Part shown: in pieces, positions 17,695-35,196 of the stretch
Layout of the letters: each line of letters opens with the position of its first letter
Position numbering within the stretch: position 1 is the stretch's first letter
Assembly: GCF_009914755.1 (NCBI RefSeq)
Contig: NC_060938.1
Reading direction: 5' to 3' (one strand)
Length of the DNA: 64,000 bases
From: the human T2T-CHM13v2.0 reference genome, Homo sapiens
The notes under the pieces: model-generated
What the model was told of the DNA's origin: nothing
Databases searched by the model: none
The model's input: the letters and a program-made list of their open reading frames with translations, nothing else
Translations under genes and position numbers: made by a program

Positions 17695-19843
17695 TTATAT
17701 ATGGTATATATTATATGTTATGTAATATGCTTTACATGTTATATATAACCTCATATACATTATATGTCATAATATATAATATTTATCCTGTGTCATATTA
17801 TATATATTATATATTTCATAACATATATAATACATAATATATATTATACATCTTATATATGAAAATATGTAATTAGAGATAACATAACATATAGTTATAT
17901 ATAATATGATATATAACATATATACTATATCATATATGATATATAATATATATATTTTTTATTACATATTATAATTAATGTATACTATAATATATATTAT
18001 GTTATAATTATTTATATAATATAAACAATTATATATAAATATATAATCATATATAATGTGAAAAATAATATATATAGTTAGATATTCGTATCGCTAAATG
18101 TATAATAATATATTAAATATATAATTATATATATCATATAATAGACAACATACATAATATATAATATATAATATATATTATACACTATAGGATACATAAT
18201 ATATATGGTATATAATATATCATAATATAATATATATTTTAACATTATGTATGTAACATATATTATGTGATATATAAAATATATAATGTAATATAAAATA
18301 ATATAATATAATATATATTGTATTAAGATATATTATGTAAAATATGTAATAAAATATATAACATAATATATAGTTATATATATTATATTATATATTTACG
18401 TATAATATTATACAGTTATATATAATTTTAAATAGTTATATATAATATAATATAAAACAAATATAATACGTATCATAAAATATATATTGTATACCATATA
18501 TATTATGTATCATATATTGTATGTTATATATCATATATTGTATATCAAATATCATCTATCATATGTTATATATATCACATTCCACATATTGTATATTATA
18601 AATTATATATAACATATGACATACATTATATTATATATAATAAATTATACATTATATGTAACAGTATATATTATATGTAACATGTATATTCTATGTAAAA
18701 TATACAATATATAACATATATAACATATAATTAATAACATAGGCATATAATATATATATAATATATGTACTATACATACAACATATTATATATATAATAT
18801 ATAATGTATATTATGCATATGACATAAAATATAATGTATATTATATGTCATATTTTATATATACAATTATATATTATTATATGTTATTTTATATTATATA
18901 TAACATAGATATAATATATATCTATAATGTATATTATATATAACATAGATATTATATATAATATATATAATGTATATTATATATATCATAGATATTATAT
19001 ATAATATATATAATGTATATTATATATTTAATACGTATATTAACCATATAATATATTCTATATATGATATATAATATATATTATGTATGTCATAAAATAT
19101 AATATAGAGTATATCTCATATTGTATAAATATAATACTTATATAATATCAATTATTATATTACATATAAAATATATAATATAAGTTGCAGGATGTAAAAC
19201 AATAATATGTATATGTTATATATATTATATATATGATACTATATATTATTATATACATAATGTATATGTATATATTTGTGGCTGCCCTATTTCCCATCTC
19301 ATAACTTGTTTTAAGAAGCGCAGCATAATAATGTGTGGGCTTGGGATTCAGTTTTTGAAACAAAACACTGAGGCTTCAATGACCTTTCGGTCTATGTAAA
19401 TGCACTCCTGTCTTCCTGGCAGTGGTTGGACCTCGCAATGTGGATTGTGCCCTCACCCTGCAATGTTTATGCCCTTTCGCCATGGTGACGGGATTAGGGA
19501 TCTCCTGCTCTTGGTCCTAAGGGCCACTGTCTGTGCTGTGTTTTTCAAAGGTCAGCACAGATTGAACCTTTGTGGTTTTATTTTCCCTGAGTTTGATTTT
19601 TCTCATGGGGATACCTGTGTTGCTGCTTTGAAGGTATAGTCATACTGGCCTTTCAAATGCCAACTCTTCAAATTACTAGTTAATGCTTTCAAAATATGTT
19701 ATTTCAAAAATTATCCACTGTATTTTCCATATGCAGTTATAAATAGGTTTCATGGTTATGTTTTATTCCTCAGTTTATATATTTGATTATTGTACCAAGC
19801 AGAGTACCTTTGAAATTTTTTTCCATCTAAAAAATATGTATCT

Positions 19844-20135
19844 TAGCTCAGGCCTGTAATCCCAGCAAATTTGGAGGCCAAGGCAAGGGGATCACAAGGT
19901 GAAGAGATCAAGACCATCCTGGCCAATACAGTGAAACGCTGTCACTACTAAAAATCCAAAAAATTAGCTAGGCATGGTGGCAGCGGGTGTAGTCCCAGTG
20001 TGGTGTAGTCCAAGCTACCTGGGAGGCTGAGGGAGGGCAATCGCTTGAACCCGTGAGGCAGATGTTGCAGGGAGCAAATTTGGTGCCATTGTACTCCACC
20101 CTGTGCAACAGGACAAGACTCTGTCTAAGGAAAAA
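19844..20135 (+). mobile_element. Alu in HSat1B unit
   Basis: Same dimeric Alu sequence. Confidence 0.93.
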
Positions 20136-22306
20136 TTATATATGGTATATATTATATGTTATGTAATATGCTTTACATGTAATATATAACCTCATATATA
20201 TTATATGTCATAATATACAATATTTATCCTGTGTCATATTATATATATTATATATTTCATGACATATATAATACATAATATATATTATACAACTTATATA
20301 TGAAAATATGTAATTAGAGATAACATAACATATAGTTATATATAATATGATATATAACATATATACTATATCATATATGATATAAAATATATATATTTTT
20401 TATTACATATTATAATTAATGTATACTATAATATATATTATGATATAATTATTTATATAATATAAACAATTATATATAATTATATAATTATATATAATAT
20501 GAATAATAATATATAATTACATATTCATATCGCTAAATGTATAATAATATATTAAATATATAATTATATATATCATACAATAGACTACATACATAATATA
20601 TAATATATAATATATATTATACACTATAGGATACATAATATATATGATATATAATATATCATAATATAATATATATTTTAACATTATGTATGTAACTTAT
20701 ATTAAGTGATATATAAAATATATAATGTAATATAAAATAATATAATATAATATATATTGTATTAAGATATATTATGTAAAGTATGTAATAAAATTATATA
20801 TAACATAATTTATAGTTATATATATTATATTATATATTTACGTATAATATTATACAGTTATATAAAATTATAAATAGTTATATATAATTTTAAATAGTTA
20901 TATATAATATAATATAAAACAAGTATAATACGTATCAGAAAATATATATTGTATACCATATATATTATGTATCATATATTGTATGTTATATATCATATAT
21001 TGTAAATCATGTATCATCTATTATATGTTATATATATCACATTCCACATATTGTATATTATAAATTATATATAACATATGAAATACATTATATTATATAT
21101 AATAACTTATACATTATATGTAACAGTATATATTATAGGTAACATGTATATACTATGTAAAATATACAATATATAACATATATTACATATAATTAATAAC
21201 ATAGACATATAATATATATATGTAATATATGTACTATACATACAACATATTATATATATAATATATAATGTATATTATGCATATGGCATAAAATATAATA
21301 TATATTATATGTCATATTTTATATATACAATTATATATTATTATATGTTATTTTATATTATATATAACATAGATATAATATATATCTATAATGTATATTA
21401 TACATAATATAGATATAATATATATTATATATAACGTATATTATATATATCATAGATATTATATATAATATATAGAACGTATATTAAATATTTAATACGT
21501 ATATTAACCATATAATATATTCTATATATGATATATAATATATATTATGTATGTCATAAAATATAATATAGAGTATATGTCATATTGTATAAATATAATA
21601 CTTATATAATATCAATTATTATATTACATATAATATATATTATATAAGATGCAGGATGTAAAACAATATTATGTATCTGTTATATATATTATATATATGA
21701 TACTATATGTTATTATATACATAATGTATATGTATATATTTGTGGCTGCCCTATTTCCCATCTCATAACTTGTTTTAAGAAGCGCAGCATAATAATGTGC
21801 GGGCTTGGGATTCAGTTTTTGAAACAAAACACTGAGCCTTCAATGACCTTTCGGTCTATGTAAAAGCACTCCTGTATCCTGGCAGCGGTTGGACCTCGCA
21901 ATGTGGATTGTGCCCTCACCCTGCAATGTTTATGCCCTTTCGCCATGGTGACGGGATTAGGGATCTCCTGCTCTTGGTCCTAAGGGCCACTGTCTGTGCT
22001 GTGTTTTTCAAAGGTCAGCACAGATTGAACCTTTGTGGTTTTATTTTCCCTGAGTTTGATTTTTCTCATGGGGATACCTGTGTTGCTGCTTTGAAGGTAT
22101 AGTCATACTGGCCTTTCAAATGCCAACTCTTCAAATTACTAGTTAATGCTTTCAAAATATGTTATTTCAAAAATTATCCACTGTATTTTCCATATGCAGT
22201 TTTAAATATGTTTCTTGGTTATGTTTTATTCCTCAGTTTATATATTTGATTATTGTACCAAGCAGAGTACCTTTGAAATTTTTTTCCATCTAAAAAATAT
22301 GTATCT

Positions 22307-22598
22307 TAGCTCAGGCCTGTAATCCCAGCAAATTTGGAGGCCAAGGCAAGGGGATCACAAGGTGAAGAGATCAAGACCATCCTGGCCAATACAGTGAAAC
22401 GCTGTCACTACTAAAAATCCAAAAAATTAGCTAGGCATGGTGGCAGCGGGTGTAGTCCCAGTGTGGTGTAGTCCAAGCTACCTGGGAGGCTGAGGGAGGG
22501 CAATCGCTTGAACCCGTGAGGCAGATGTTGCAGTGAGCAAATTTGGTGCCATTGTACTCCACCCTGTGCAACAGGACAAGACTCTGTCTAAAGAAAAA
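22307..22598 (+). mobile_element. Alu in HSat1B unit
   Basis: Same dimeric Alu sequence. Confidence 0.93.
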
Positions 22599-24766
22599 TT
22601 ATATATGGTATATATTATATGTTATGTAATATGCTTTACATGTTATATATAACCTCATATAGATTATATGTCATAATATATATTTATCCTGTGTCATATT
22701 ATATATATTATATATTTCATAACATATATAATACATAATACATATTATACATCTTATATATGAAAATATGTAATTAGAGATAACATAACATATAGTTATA
22801 TATAATATGATATATAACATATATACTATATCATATATGATATATACTATATATATTTTTTATTACATATTATAATTTATGTATACTATAATATATATTA
22901 TGATATAATTATTTATATAATATAAACAATTATATATAATTATATAATTATATATAATATGAATAATAATATATAATTATATATAATATGAATAATAATA
23001 TATATAATTACATATTCATATCGCTAAATGTATAATAATATATTAAATATATGACTATATATATAATAGACAACATACATAATATATAATATATAATATA
23101 TATTATATACTATAGGATACATAATATATATGATATATAATATATCATAATATAATATGTATTTTAACATTATGTATGTAACATATATTATGTGATATAT
23201 AAAATATATAATGTAATATATAATAATATGATATAATATATATTGTATTAAGATATATTATGTAAAGTATGTAATAAAATTATATATAACATAATATATA
23301 GATATATATATTATATTATACATTTACGTATAATATTATACAGTTATATATAATTTTAAATAGGTATATATAATATAATATAAAACAAATATAATACGTA
23401 TCATAAAATATAAATTGTATACAATATATATTATGTATCATATATTGTATGTTATATATCATATATTGTATATCATATATCATCTATTATATGTTATATA
23501 TATCACATTCCACATATTGTATATTATAAATTATATATAACATATGACACACATTATATTATATATAATAACTTATGCATTATATGTAACAGTATATATT
23601 ATATGTAACATATATATTCTATGTAAAATATACAATATATAACGTATATTACATATAATTAATAACATAGACATATAATATATATCTAATATATGTACTA
23701 TACATACAACATATTATATATATAATATATAATATATATTATGTATATGGCATAAAATATAATATATATTATTTGTCATATTTTATATATACAATTATAT
23801 ATTATTATATGTTATTATATATTATATATAACCTAGATATAATATATATCTATAATGTATATTATATATGACATAGATATTATATATAATATATATAATG
23901 TATATTATATATTTCATAGATATTATATATTATATGTATACTATATATTATATATTTAATACGTATATTAACCATATAATATATTCTACATATGGTATAT
24001 AATATATATTATATATGTCATAAAATATAATATATAGTATATGTCATAGTGTATAAATAAAATACTTATATAATATCAATTATTATATTACATATAATAT
24101 ATATAAGATGCAGGATGTAAAACAATATTATATATATGTTATATATATTATATATATGATCCTATATATTATTATATACATAATGTATATGTATATATTT
24201 GTGGCTGCCCTATTTCCCATCTCATAACTTGTTTTAAGAAGCGCAGCATAATAATGTGTGGGCTTGGGATTCAGTTTTTGAAACAAAACACTGAGCCTTC
24301 AATGACCTTTCGTTCTATGTAAAAGCACTCCTGTCTTCCTGGCAGCGGTTGGACCTCGCAATGTGGATTGTGCCCTCACCCTGCAATGTTCATGCACTTT
24401 CGCCATGGTGACGGGATTAGGGATCTCCTGCTCTTGGTCCTAAAGGCCACTGTCTGTGCTGTGTTTTTCAAAGGTCAGCACAGATTGAACCTTTGTGGTT
24501 TTATTTTCCCTGAGTTTGATTTTTCTCATGGGGATACCTGTGTTGCTGCTTTGAAGGTATATTCATACTGGCCTTGCAAATGCCAACTCTTCAAATTACT
24601 AGTTAATGCCTTCAAAATATGTTATTTCAAAAATTATCCTCTGTATTTTCCATATGCAGTTCTAAATATGTTTCATGGTTATGTTTTATTCCTCAGTTTA
24701 TATATTTGATTATTGTACCAAGCAGAGTACCTTTGAAATTTTTTTCCATCTAAAAAATATGTATCT

Positions 24767-25058
24767 TAGCTCAGGACTGTAATCCCAGCAAATTTGGAGG
24801 CCAAGGCAATGGGATCACAAGGCGAAGAGATCAAGACCATCCTGGCCAATACAGTGAAACGCTGTCACTACTAAAATTCCAAAAAATTAGCTAGGCATGG
24901 TGGCAGCGGGTGTAGACCTGGTGTGGTGTAGTACAAGCTACCTGGGAGGCTGAGGGAGGGCAATCGCTTGAACCCGTGAGGCAGATGTTGCAGTGAGCAA
25001 ATTTGGTGCCATTGTACACCACCCTGTGCAACAGGACAAGACCCTGTCTAAAGAAAAA
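24767..25058 (+). mobile_element. Alu in HSat1B unit
   Basis: Same dimeric Alu sequence. Confidence 0.93.
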
Positions 25059-27199
25059 TTATATATGGTATATATTATATGTTATGTAGTATGCTTTACA
25101 TGTAATATATAACCTCATATATATTATATGTCATAATATATAATATTTATCCTGTGTCATATTATATATATTACATATTTCATAACATATATAATACGTA
25201 ATACATATTTTACATCTTATATATGAAAATATGTAATTAGAGATAACATAACATATAGTTATATATAATATGATATATAACATATATACTATATCATATA
25301 TGATATATAATATACATATTTTTTATTACATATTATAATTGATGTATACTATAATACATATTATGATATAATTATTTATATAATAGAAACAATTATATAT
25401 CATTATATAATTATATATAATATGAATAATAATATATATAATTACATATTCATATCGCTAAATGTATAATAATATATTAAATATATGATTATATATATAA
25501 TAGACAACATATATATTATATAATATATAATGTATATTATACACTATAGGATACATAATATATATGATATATAATATATCATAATATAATATGTATTTTA
25601 ACATTATATATGTAACATATATTATGTGATATATAAAATATATAATGTAATATATAATAATATGATATAATATATATTGTATTAAGATATATTATGTAAA
25701 GTATGTAATAAAATTATATATAACATAATACATAGATATATATATTATATTATATATTTACGTATAATATTATACAGTTATATATAATTTTAAATAGGTA
25801 TATATAATATAATATAAAACAAATATAATACGTATCATAAAATATAAATTGTATACCATATATATTATGTATCATATATTGTATGTTATATATCATATAT
25901 TGTATATCATATATCATCTATTATATGTTATATATATCACATTCCACATATTGTATATTATAAATTATATATAACATATGACATACATTATATTATATAT
26001 AATAACTTATGCATTATATGTAACAGTATATATTATATGTAACATGTATATTCTATGTAAAATATACAATATATAACATATATTACATATAATTAATAAC
26101 ATAGACATATAATATATATCTAATATATGTACTATACATACAATGTATTATTTATATAATATATAATATATATTATGTATATGGCATAAAATATAATATA
26201 TATTATATGTCATATTTTATATATACAATTATATATTTTTATATGTTATTATATATTATATATAACATAGATATATTATATATCTATAATGTATATTATA
26301 TATGACATAGATATTATATATAATATAAATAATGTATATTATATATTTCATAGATATTATATATTATATGTATACTATATATTATATATTTAATACTTAT
26401 ATTAACCTATAATATATTCTACATATGGTATATATTATATATTATATATGTCATAAAATATAATATATAGTATATGTCATAGTGTATAAATATAATACTT
26501 ATATAATATCAATTATTATATTACTTATAATATATATAAGATGCAGGATGTAAAACAATATTATATATATGTTATATATATTATATATATGATCCTATAT
26601 ATTATCATATACATAATGTATATGTATATATTTGTGGCTGCCCTATTTCCCATCTCATAACTTGTTTTAAGAAGCGCAGCATAATAATGTGTGGGCTTGG
26701 GATTCAGTTTTTGAAACAAAACGCTGAGCCTTCAATGACCTTTCCGTCTATGTAAAAGCATTCGTGTCTTCCTGGCAGCGGTTGGACCTCGCAATGTGGA
26801 TTGTGCCCTCACCCTGCAATGATTATGCCCTTTCGCCATGGTGACGGGATTAGGGATCTCCTGCTCTTGGTCCTAAGGGCCACTGTCTGTGCTGTGTTTT
26901 TCAAAGGTCAGCACAGATTGAACCTTTTTGGTTTTATTTCCCCTGAGTTTGATTTTTCTCATGGGGATACCTGTGTTGCTGCTTTGAAGGTGTATTCATA
27001 CTGGCCTTTCAAATGCCAACTCTTCAAATTACTAGTTAATGCCTTCAAAATATGTTATTTCAAAAATTATCCTCTGTATTTTCCAAATGCTGTTATAAAT
27101 ATGTTTCATGGTTATGTTTTATTCCTCAGTTTATATATTTGATTATTGTACCAAGCAGAGTACCTTTGAAATTTTTTTCCATCTAAAAAATATGTATCT

Positions 27200-27491
27200 T
27201 AGCTCAGGCCTGTAATCCAGCAAATTTGGAGGCCAAGGCAATGGGATCACAAGGTGAAGAGATCAAGACCATCCTGGCCAATACAGTGACACGCGGTCAC
27301 TACTAAAAATCCAAAAAATTAGCTAGGCAGGGGTGGCAGCTGGTGTAGTCCCAGTGTGGTGTAGTCCCAGCTACCTGGGAGGCTGAGGGAGGGCAATCGC
27401 TTGAACCCGTGATGCAGATGTTGCAGTGAGCAAATTTGGTGCCATTGTACTCCACCCTGTGCAACAGGACAAGACTCTGTCTAAAGAAAAA
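27200..27491 (+). mobile_element. Alu in HSat1B unit
   Basis: Same dimeric Alu sequence. Confidence 0.93.
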
Positions 27492-29670
27492 TTATATATG
27501 GTATGTATTATATGTTAAGTAATATGCTTTACATGTAATATATAACCTCATATATATTATATGTCATAATATATAATATTTATCCTGTGTCATATTATAT
27601 ATATTATATATTTCATATCATATATAATACATAATATATATTATACATCTTATATATGAAAATATGTAATTAGAGATAACATAACATATAGTTATATGTA
27701 ATATGATATATAACATATATACTATATCATATATGATATATAATATATATATTTTTTATTACATATTATAATTTATATATACTATAATTTATGTAATGAT
27801 ATAATTATTTATATAATATAAATAATTATATATTATTATATAATTATATATAATATAAATAATAATATATATAATTACATATTCATATCGCTAAATGTAT
27901 AATAGTATATTAAATATATAATTATATATATCATATAATAGACAACATACATAATATATAATATATATTATACACTATAGGATACATAATATATATGATA
28001 TATAATATATCATCATATAATATATATTTGAACATTATGTATGTAACATATATTATGTGATATATAAAATATATAATGTAATATAAAATAATATGATATT
28101 ATATATATTGTATTAAGATATATTATGTAAAGTATGTAATAAAATTATATATAACATAATATATAGTTATATATATTATATAATATATTTACGTATAATA
28201 TTATACAATTATATATAATTTTAAATAGGTATATATAATATAATATAAAACAAATATAATAAGTATCATAAAATATATATTGTATACCATATATATTATG
28301 TATCATATATTGTATGTTATATATCATATATTGTATATCATATATCATCTATTATATGTTATATATATCACATTCCACATATTGTATATTATAAATTATA
28401 TATAACATATGACATACATCATATTATATATAATAAATTATACATTATATGTAACAGTATATATTATATGTAACATGTATATTCTATGTAAAATATGCAA
28501 TATATAACATATATTACATATAATTAACAACATAGACATATAATATATATCTAATATATGTACTATACATACAACGTAATATATATATAATATATAATAT
28601 ATATGTATATGGTATAAAATATAATATATATTATATGTCATATTTTATATATACAATTATATATTATTATATGTTATTTTATATTATATATAACATAGAT
28701 ATAATATATATCTATAATGTATATTATATATAACAGATATAATATATATCTATAATGTATATTTTATATAACATAGATATTACATATAATATATATAATG
28801 TATATTATATATATCATAGATATTATATATAATACATATAATGTATATTATATATTTAATACGTATATTAACCATATAATATATTCTATATATGTATATA
28901 ATATATATTATGTATGTCATAAAATATAATATAAAGTATATATCATATTGTATAAATATAATACTTATATAATATCAATTATTATATTACATATAATATA
29001 TATAATATAAGATGCAGGATGTAAAACAATATTATATATATGTTATATATATTATATATATGATCCTATATATTATTATATACATAATGTATATGTATAT
29101 ATTTGTGGCTGCCCTATTTCCCATCTCATAACTTGTTTTAAGAAGCGCAGCATAATAATGTGTGGGCTTGGGATTCAGTTTTTGAAACAAAACACTGAGC
29201 CTTCAATGACCTTTCGGTCTATGTAAAAGCACTCCTGTCTTCCTGGCAGCGGTTGGACCTCGCAATGTGGATTGTGCCCTCACCCTGCAATGATTATGCC
29301 CTTTCGCCATGGTGACAGGATTAGGGATCTCCTGCTCTTGGTCCTAAGGGCCACTGTCTGTGCTGTGTTTTTCAAAGGTCAGCACAGATTGAACCTTTTT
29401 GGTTTTATTTTCCCTGAGTTTGATTTTTCTCATGGGGATACCTGTGTTGCTGCTTTGAAGGTGTATTCATACTGGCCTTTCAAATGCCAACTCTTCAAAT
29501 TACTAGTTAATGCCTTCAAAATATGTTATTTCAAAAATTATCCTCTGTATTTTCCATATGCAGTTATAAATATGTTTCATGGTTATGTTTTATTCCTCAG
29601 TTTATATATTTGATTATTGTACCAAGCAGAGTACCTTTGAAATTTTTTTCCATCTAAAAAATATGTATCA

Positions 29671-29962
29671 TATCTCAGGCCTGTAATCCCAGCAAATTTG
29701 GAGGCCAAGGCAATGGGATCACAAGGTGAAGAGATCAAGACCATCCTGGCCAATAAAGTGACACGCGGTCACTACTAAAAATCCAAAAAATTAGCTAGGC
29801 ATGGTGGCAGCTGGTGTAGTCCCAGTGTGGTGTAGTCCCAGCTACCTGGGAGGCTGAGGGAGGGCAATCGGTTGAACCCGTGAGGCAGATGTTGCAGTGA
29901 GCAAATTTGGTGCCATTGTACTCCACCCTGTGCAACAGGACGAGACTCTGTCTAAAGAAAAA
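29671..29962 (+). mobile_element. Alu in HSat1B unit
   Basis: Same dimeric Alu sequence. Confidence 0.93.
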
Positions 29963-32070
29963 TTATATATGGTATATATTATATGTTAAGTAATATGCTT
30001 TACATGTAATATATAACCTCATATATATTATATGTCATAATATATAATATTTATCCTGTGTCATATTATATATATATTATATATTTGATAACATTTATAA
30101 TACATAATATATATTATACATCTTATATATGAAAATATGTAATTAGAGATAACATAACATATAGTTATATGTAATATGATATATAACATATATACTATAT
30201 CATATATGATATAAAATATATATATTTTTTATTACATATTATAATTTATATATACTATAATTTATGTAATGATATAATTACTTATATAATATAAATAATT
30301 ATATATAATTATATAATTATATATAATATAAATAATAATATATATAATTACATATTCATATCGTTAAATGTATAATAATATATTAAATATATAATTATAT
30401 ATATCATATAATAGACAACATACATAATATATAATATATAATATATATTATACACTATAGGATACATAATATATATGATATATAATATATCATAATATAA
30501 TATATATTTTAACTTTATGTATGTAACATATATTATGTGATATATAAAATATATAATGTAATATAAAATAATATGATATAATATATATTGTATTAAGATA
30601 TATTATGTAAAGTATGTAATAAAATTATATATAACATAATATATAGTTATATATATTATATTATATATTTACTTATAATATTATACAGTTATATAATTTT
30701 AAATAAGTATATATAATATAATATAAAACAAATATAGTACGTATCATAAAATATATATTGTATACCATATATATTATGTATCATATATTGTATGTTATAT
30801 ATCATATATTGTATATCATATATCATCTATTATATGTTATATATATCTCATTCCACATATTGTATATTATAAATTATATATAACATATGACATACATTAT
30901 ATTATATATAATAACTTATGCATTATATGTAACAGTATATATTATATGTAACATGTATATTCTATGTAAAATATACAATATGTAACATATATTACATATA
31001 ATTAATAACATAGGCATATAATATGTATCTAATATAAGTTCTATACATACAAAATATTATATATATAATATATAATATATATTATGTATATGGCATAAAA
31101 TATAATATATATTATATGTCATATTTTATATATACAATTATATATTATTATATGTTATTTTATATTATATATAACATAGATATAATATATATATCTATAA
31201 CGTATATTATATATAACATAGATATTTTATACAATATATACAATGTATATTATATATTTAATACCTCTATTAAACATATAATATATTCTATGTATGATAT
31301 ACAATATATATTATATATGTCATCAAATATAATATATATTATGTGTCATATTGTATAAATATAATACTTATATATTATCAATTATTATATTATATATAAC
31401 ATATCTAATATAAGATGTAGGATGTGAAACAATATTATATATATGTTATATATATTATATATATGATACTATATATTATTGTATACATAATGTATATATA
31501 TATTTGTGGGTGCTCCATTTCCCATCTCATAACTAGTTTTAAGAAGCGCAGCATAATAATGTGTGGGCTTGGGATTCTGTTTTTGAAACAACACACTGAG
31601 CCTTCAATGACCTTTCGGTCTATGTAAAAGCACTCCTGTCTGCCTGGCAGCAGTTGGACCTCACAATGTGGATTGTGCTCTCACCCTGCAATGTTTATGC
31701 CCTATCGCCATGGTGACGGGATTAGGGATCTCCTGCTCTTGGTCCTAAGGGCCACTGTCTGTGCTGTGTTTTTCAAAGGTCAGCACAGATTGAACCTTTG
31801 TGGTTTTATTATCCCTGAGTTTGATTTTTCTCATGGGGAACCTGTGTTGCTGCTTTGAAGGTATAGTCATACTGGCCTTTCAAATGCCAACTCTTCAAAT
31901 TACCAGTTAATGTTTTCAAAATATGTTATTTCAAAAATTATCCTCTGTATTTTCCATATGCAGTTATAAATATGTTTCATGGTTATGTTTTATTCCTCAG
32001 TTTATATATTTGATTATTGTACCAAGCAGAGTACCTTTGAAATTTCTTTTCATCTAAAAAATATGTATCT

Positions 32071-32362
32071 TAGCTCAGGCCTGTAATCCCAGCAAATTTG
32101 GAGGCCAAGGCAAGGGGATCACAAGGTGAAGAGATCAAGACCATCCTGGCCAATACAGTGAAACGCTGTCACTACTAAAAATCCAAAAAATTAGCTAGGC
32201 ATGGTGGCAGCTGGTGTAGTCCCAGTGTGGTGTAGTCCCAGCTAACTGGGAGGCTGAGGGAGGGCAATCGCTTCAACCCGTGAGGCAGATGTTGCAGTGA
32301 GCAAATTTGGTGCCGTTGTACTCCACCCTGTGCAACAGGACAACACACTGACTAAAAAAAAA
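32071..32362 (+). mobile_element. Alu in HSat1B unit
   Basis: Same dimeric Alu sequence. Confidence 0.93.
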
Positions 32363-34574
32363 TTTTATATGGTATATATTATATGTTATGTAATATGCTT
32401 TATATGTAATATATAACCTCATATATATTATATGTCATAATATATAAAATTTATCCTGTGTCATATTATATATATTATATATATTACATAACATATATAA
32501 TATATAATACATATTATACATCTTATATATGAAAATATATAATTATAGATAACCTAACATATAGTTATATATAATATGATATATAACGTATATACTATAT
32601 CATATATGATATATAATATATATATTTTTTATTACATATTATAATTTCTATATATTATAATTGATATAATGATATAATTATTTATATAATATAAATAATT
32701 ATATATGAATATATAATTATATATAATATAAAGAATTATATATAATTATATAATCATATATAACATAATTAATTTTATATATTATATAATTATATATAAT
32801 AGAAATAATTATATATGATTATATAATTATATATAACATAAATAATAATGTATATAATTACATATTCATATCGTTATATGTATAATAATATATTACGTAT
32901 GTAATTATATATATCACATAATATACAACATAACTAATATATAATATATTATATATATAATACAATATAGGATAAATAATATGTATGATATATAATATAT
33001 CACAATATAATACATATTTTAACATTATGTATGTAACATGTATTATGTGATATATAAAATATATTATGTAATATAAAATGATATAATATACTATATATTA
33101 TATTAAGGTATATTATATAAAGTATGTAATAAAATTATATATAACATAATATATAGTTATATATATTATATAATATATTTACATATAATATTATACAGTT
33201 ATATATAATTTTAAATAGTTATATATAATATAATATAAAACAAATATATATCATAAAATATATATTGTATACCATATATATTATTTATCATATATTTTAT
33301 GTTATATAGCATATATTGTATATCATATATTATCTATTATATGTTATATATATCACATTCCACATATTGTATATTTAAATTATATACAATATATGGCATA
33401 CATTATATTATATATAATAAATTATACATTATATGTAACATAGTATATATTATATGTAACATGTATATTCCATGTACAATATATAATATATAACATATAT
33501 TACATATAATGAATAACATAGACATATAATATATATTTAATATATGTACTATACATACAAAGTATTATATATATAATATATAATATATATTATTTATATG
33601 TCATAAAATATAATATATATTATTTGTCATATTTTATATATACAATTATATATTATTATATGTTATTTTACATTATATATAACATAGATATAATATATAT
33701 ATCTATAATGTATATTATATATTACATATATATTATATATAATATATACAATGTATATTATATATTTTATACCTATATTAACCATATAATATATTCTATG
33801 TATGATATACAATATATATTATATATGTCATCAAATATAATATATATTATATGTCATATTGTATAAATATAATACTTATACATTATCAATTATTATATTA
33901 CATATAATATATCTAATATAAGATGCAGGATGTGAAACAGTATTATATATATGTTATATATTATATATATGATACTATATATTATTGTATACATAATATA
34001 TATATATTTGTGGGTGCCCCATTTCCCATCTCATAACTAGTTTTAAGAGGCGCAGCATAATAATGTGTGGGCTTGGGATTCTGTTTTTGAAACAACACAC
34101 TGAGCCTTCAATGACCTTTCGGTGTATGTAAAAGCACTCCTGTCTGCCTGGCAGCAGTTGGACCTCACAATGTGGATTGTGCCCTCACCCTGCAATGTTT
34201 ATGCCCTATCGCCATGGTGACGGGATTAGGGATCTCCTGCTCTTGGTCCTAAGGGCCACTGTCTGTGCTGTGTTTTTCAAAGGTCAGCACAGATTGAACC
34301 TTTGTGGTTTTATTATCCCTGAGTTTGATTTTTCTCATGGGGAACCTGTGTTGCTGCTTTGAAGGTATAGTCATACTGGCCTTTCAAATGCCAACTCTTC
34401 AAATTACTAGTTAATGCTTTCAAAATATGTTATTTCAAAAATTATCCTCTGTATTTTCCATATGCAGTCATAAATATGTTTCATGGTTATGTTTTATTCC
34501 TCAGTTTATATATTTGATTATTGTACCAAGCAGAGTAAATTTGAAATTTTTTTTCATCTAAAAAATATGTATCT

Positions 34575-34866
34575 TGGCTCAGGCCTGTAATCCCAGCAAA
34601 TTTGGAGGCCAAGGCAAGGGGATCACAAGGTGAAGAGATCAAGACCATCCTGGCCAATACAGTGAAACGCTGTCACTACTAAAAATCCAAAAAATTAGCT
34701 AGGCATTGTGGCAGCTGGTGTAGTCCCAGTGTGGTGTAGTCCCAGCTAACTGGGAGGCTGAGGGAGGGCAATCGCTTGAACCCGTGAGGCAGATGTCGCA
34801 GTGAGCAAATTTGGTGCCGTTGTACTCCACCCTGTGCAACAGGAAAACACACTGTCTAAAAAAAAA
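34575..34866 (+). mobile_element. Alu in HSat1B unit
   Basis: Same dimeric Alu sequence. Confidence 0.93.
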
Positions 34867-35196
34867 TTATATATGGTATATATTATATGTTATGTAATAT
34901 GCTTTATATGTAATATATAACCTCATATATATTATATGTCATAATATAAAATATTTATCCTGTGTCATATTATATATATTATATATATTACATAACATAT
35001 ATAATATATAATACATATTATACATCTTATATATGACAATATATAATAATAGATAACCTAACATATAGTTTTATATAATATGATATATAACGTATATACT
35101 ATATGATATATGATATATGATATATATATTTTTTATTACATATTATAATTTCTATATATTATAATTTATATAAGGATATAATTATTTATATAATAT

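Larger units (their letters stand above)
11841..31502 (+). repeat. HSat1B subtype B block (8 units)
   Basis: Shared variants: +1 T in ggggatacctg, ctttcgcc, cctcgcaatg, acagattgaac, aaatttggtgcc. Confidence 0.8.
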
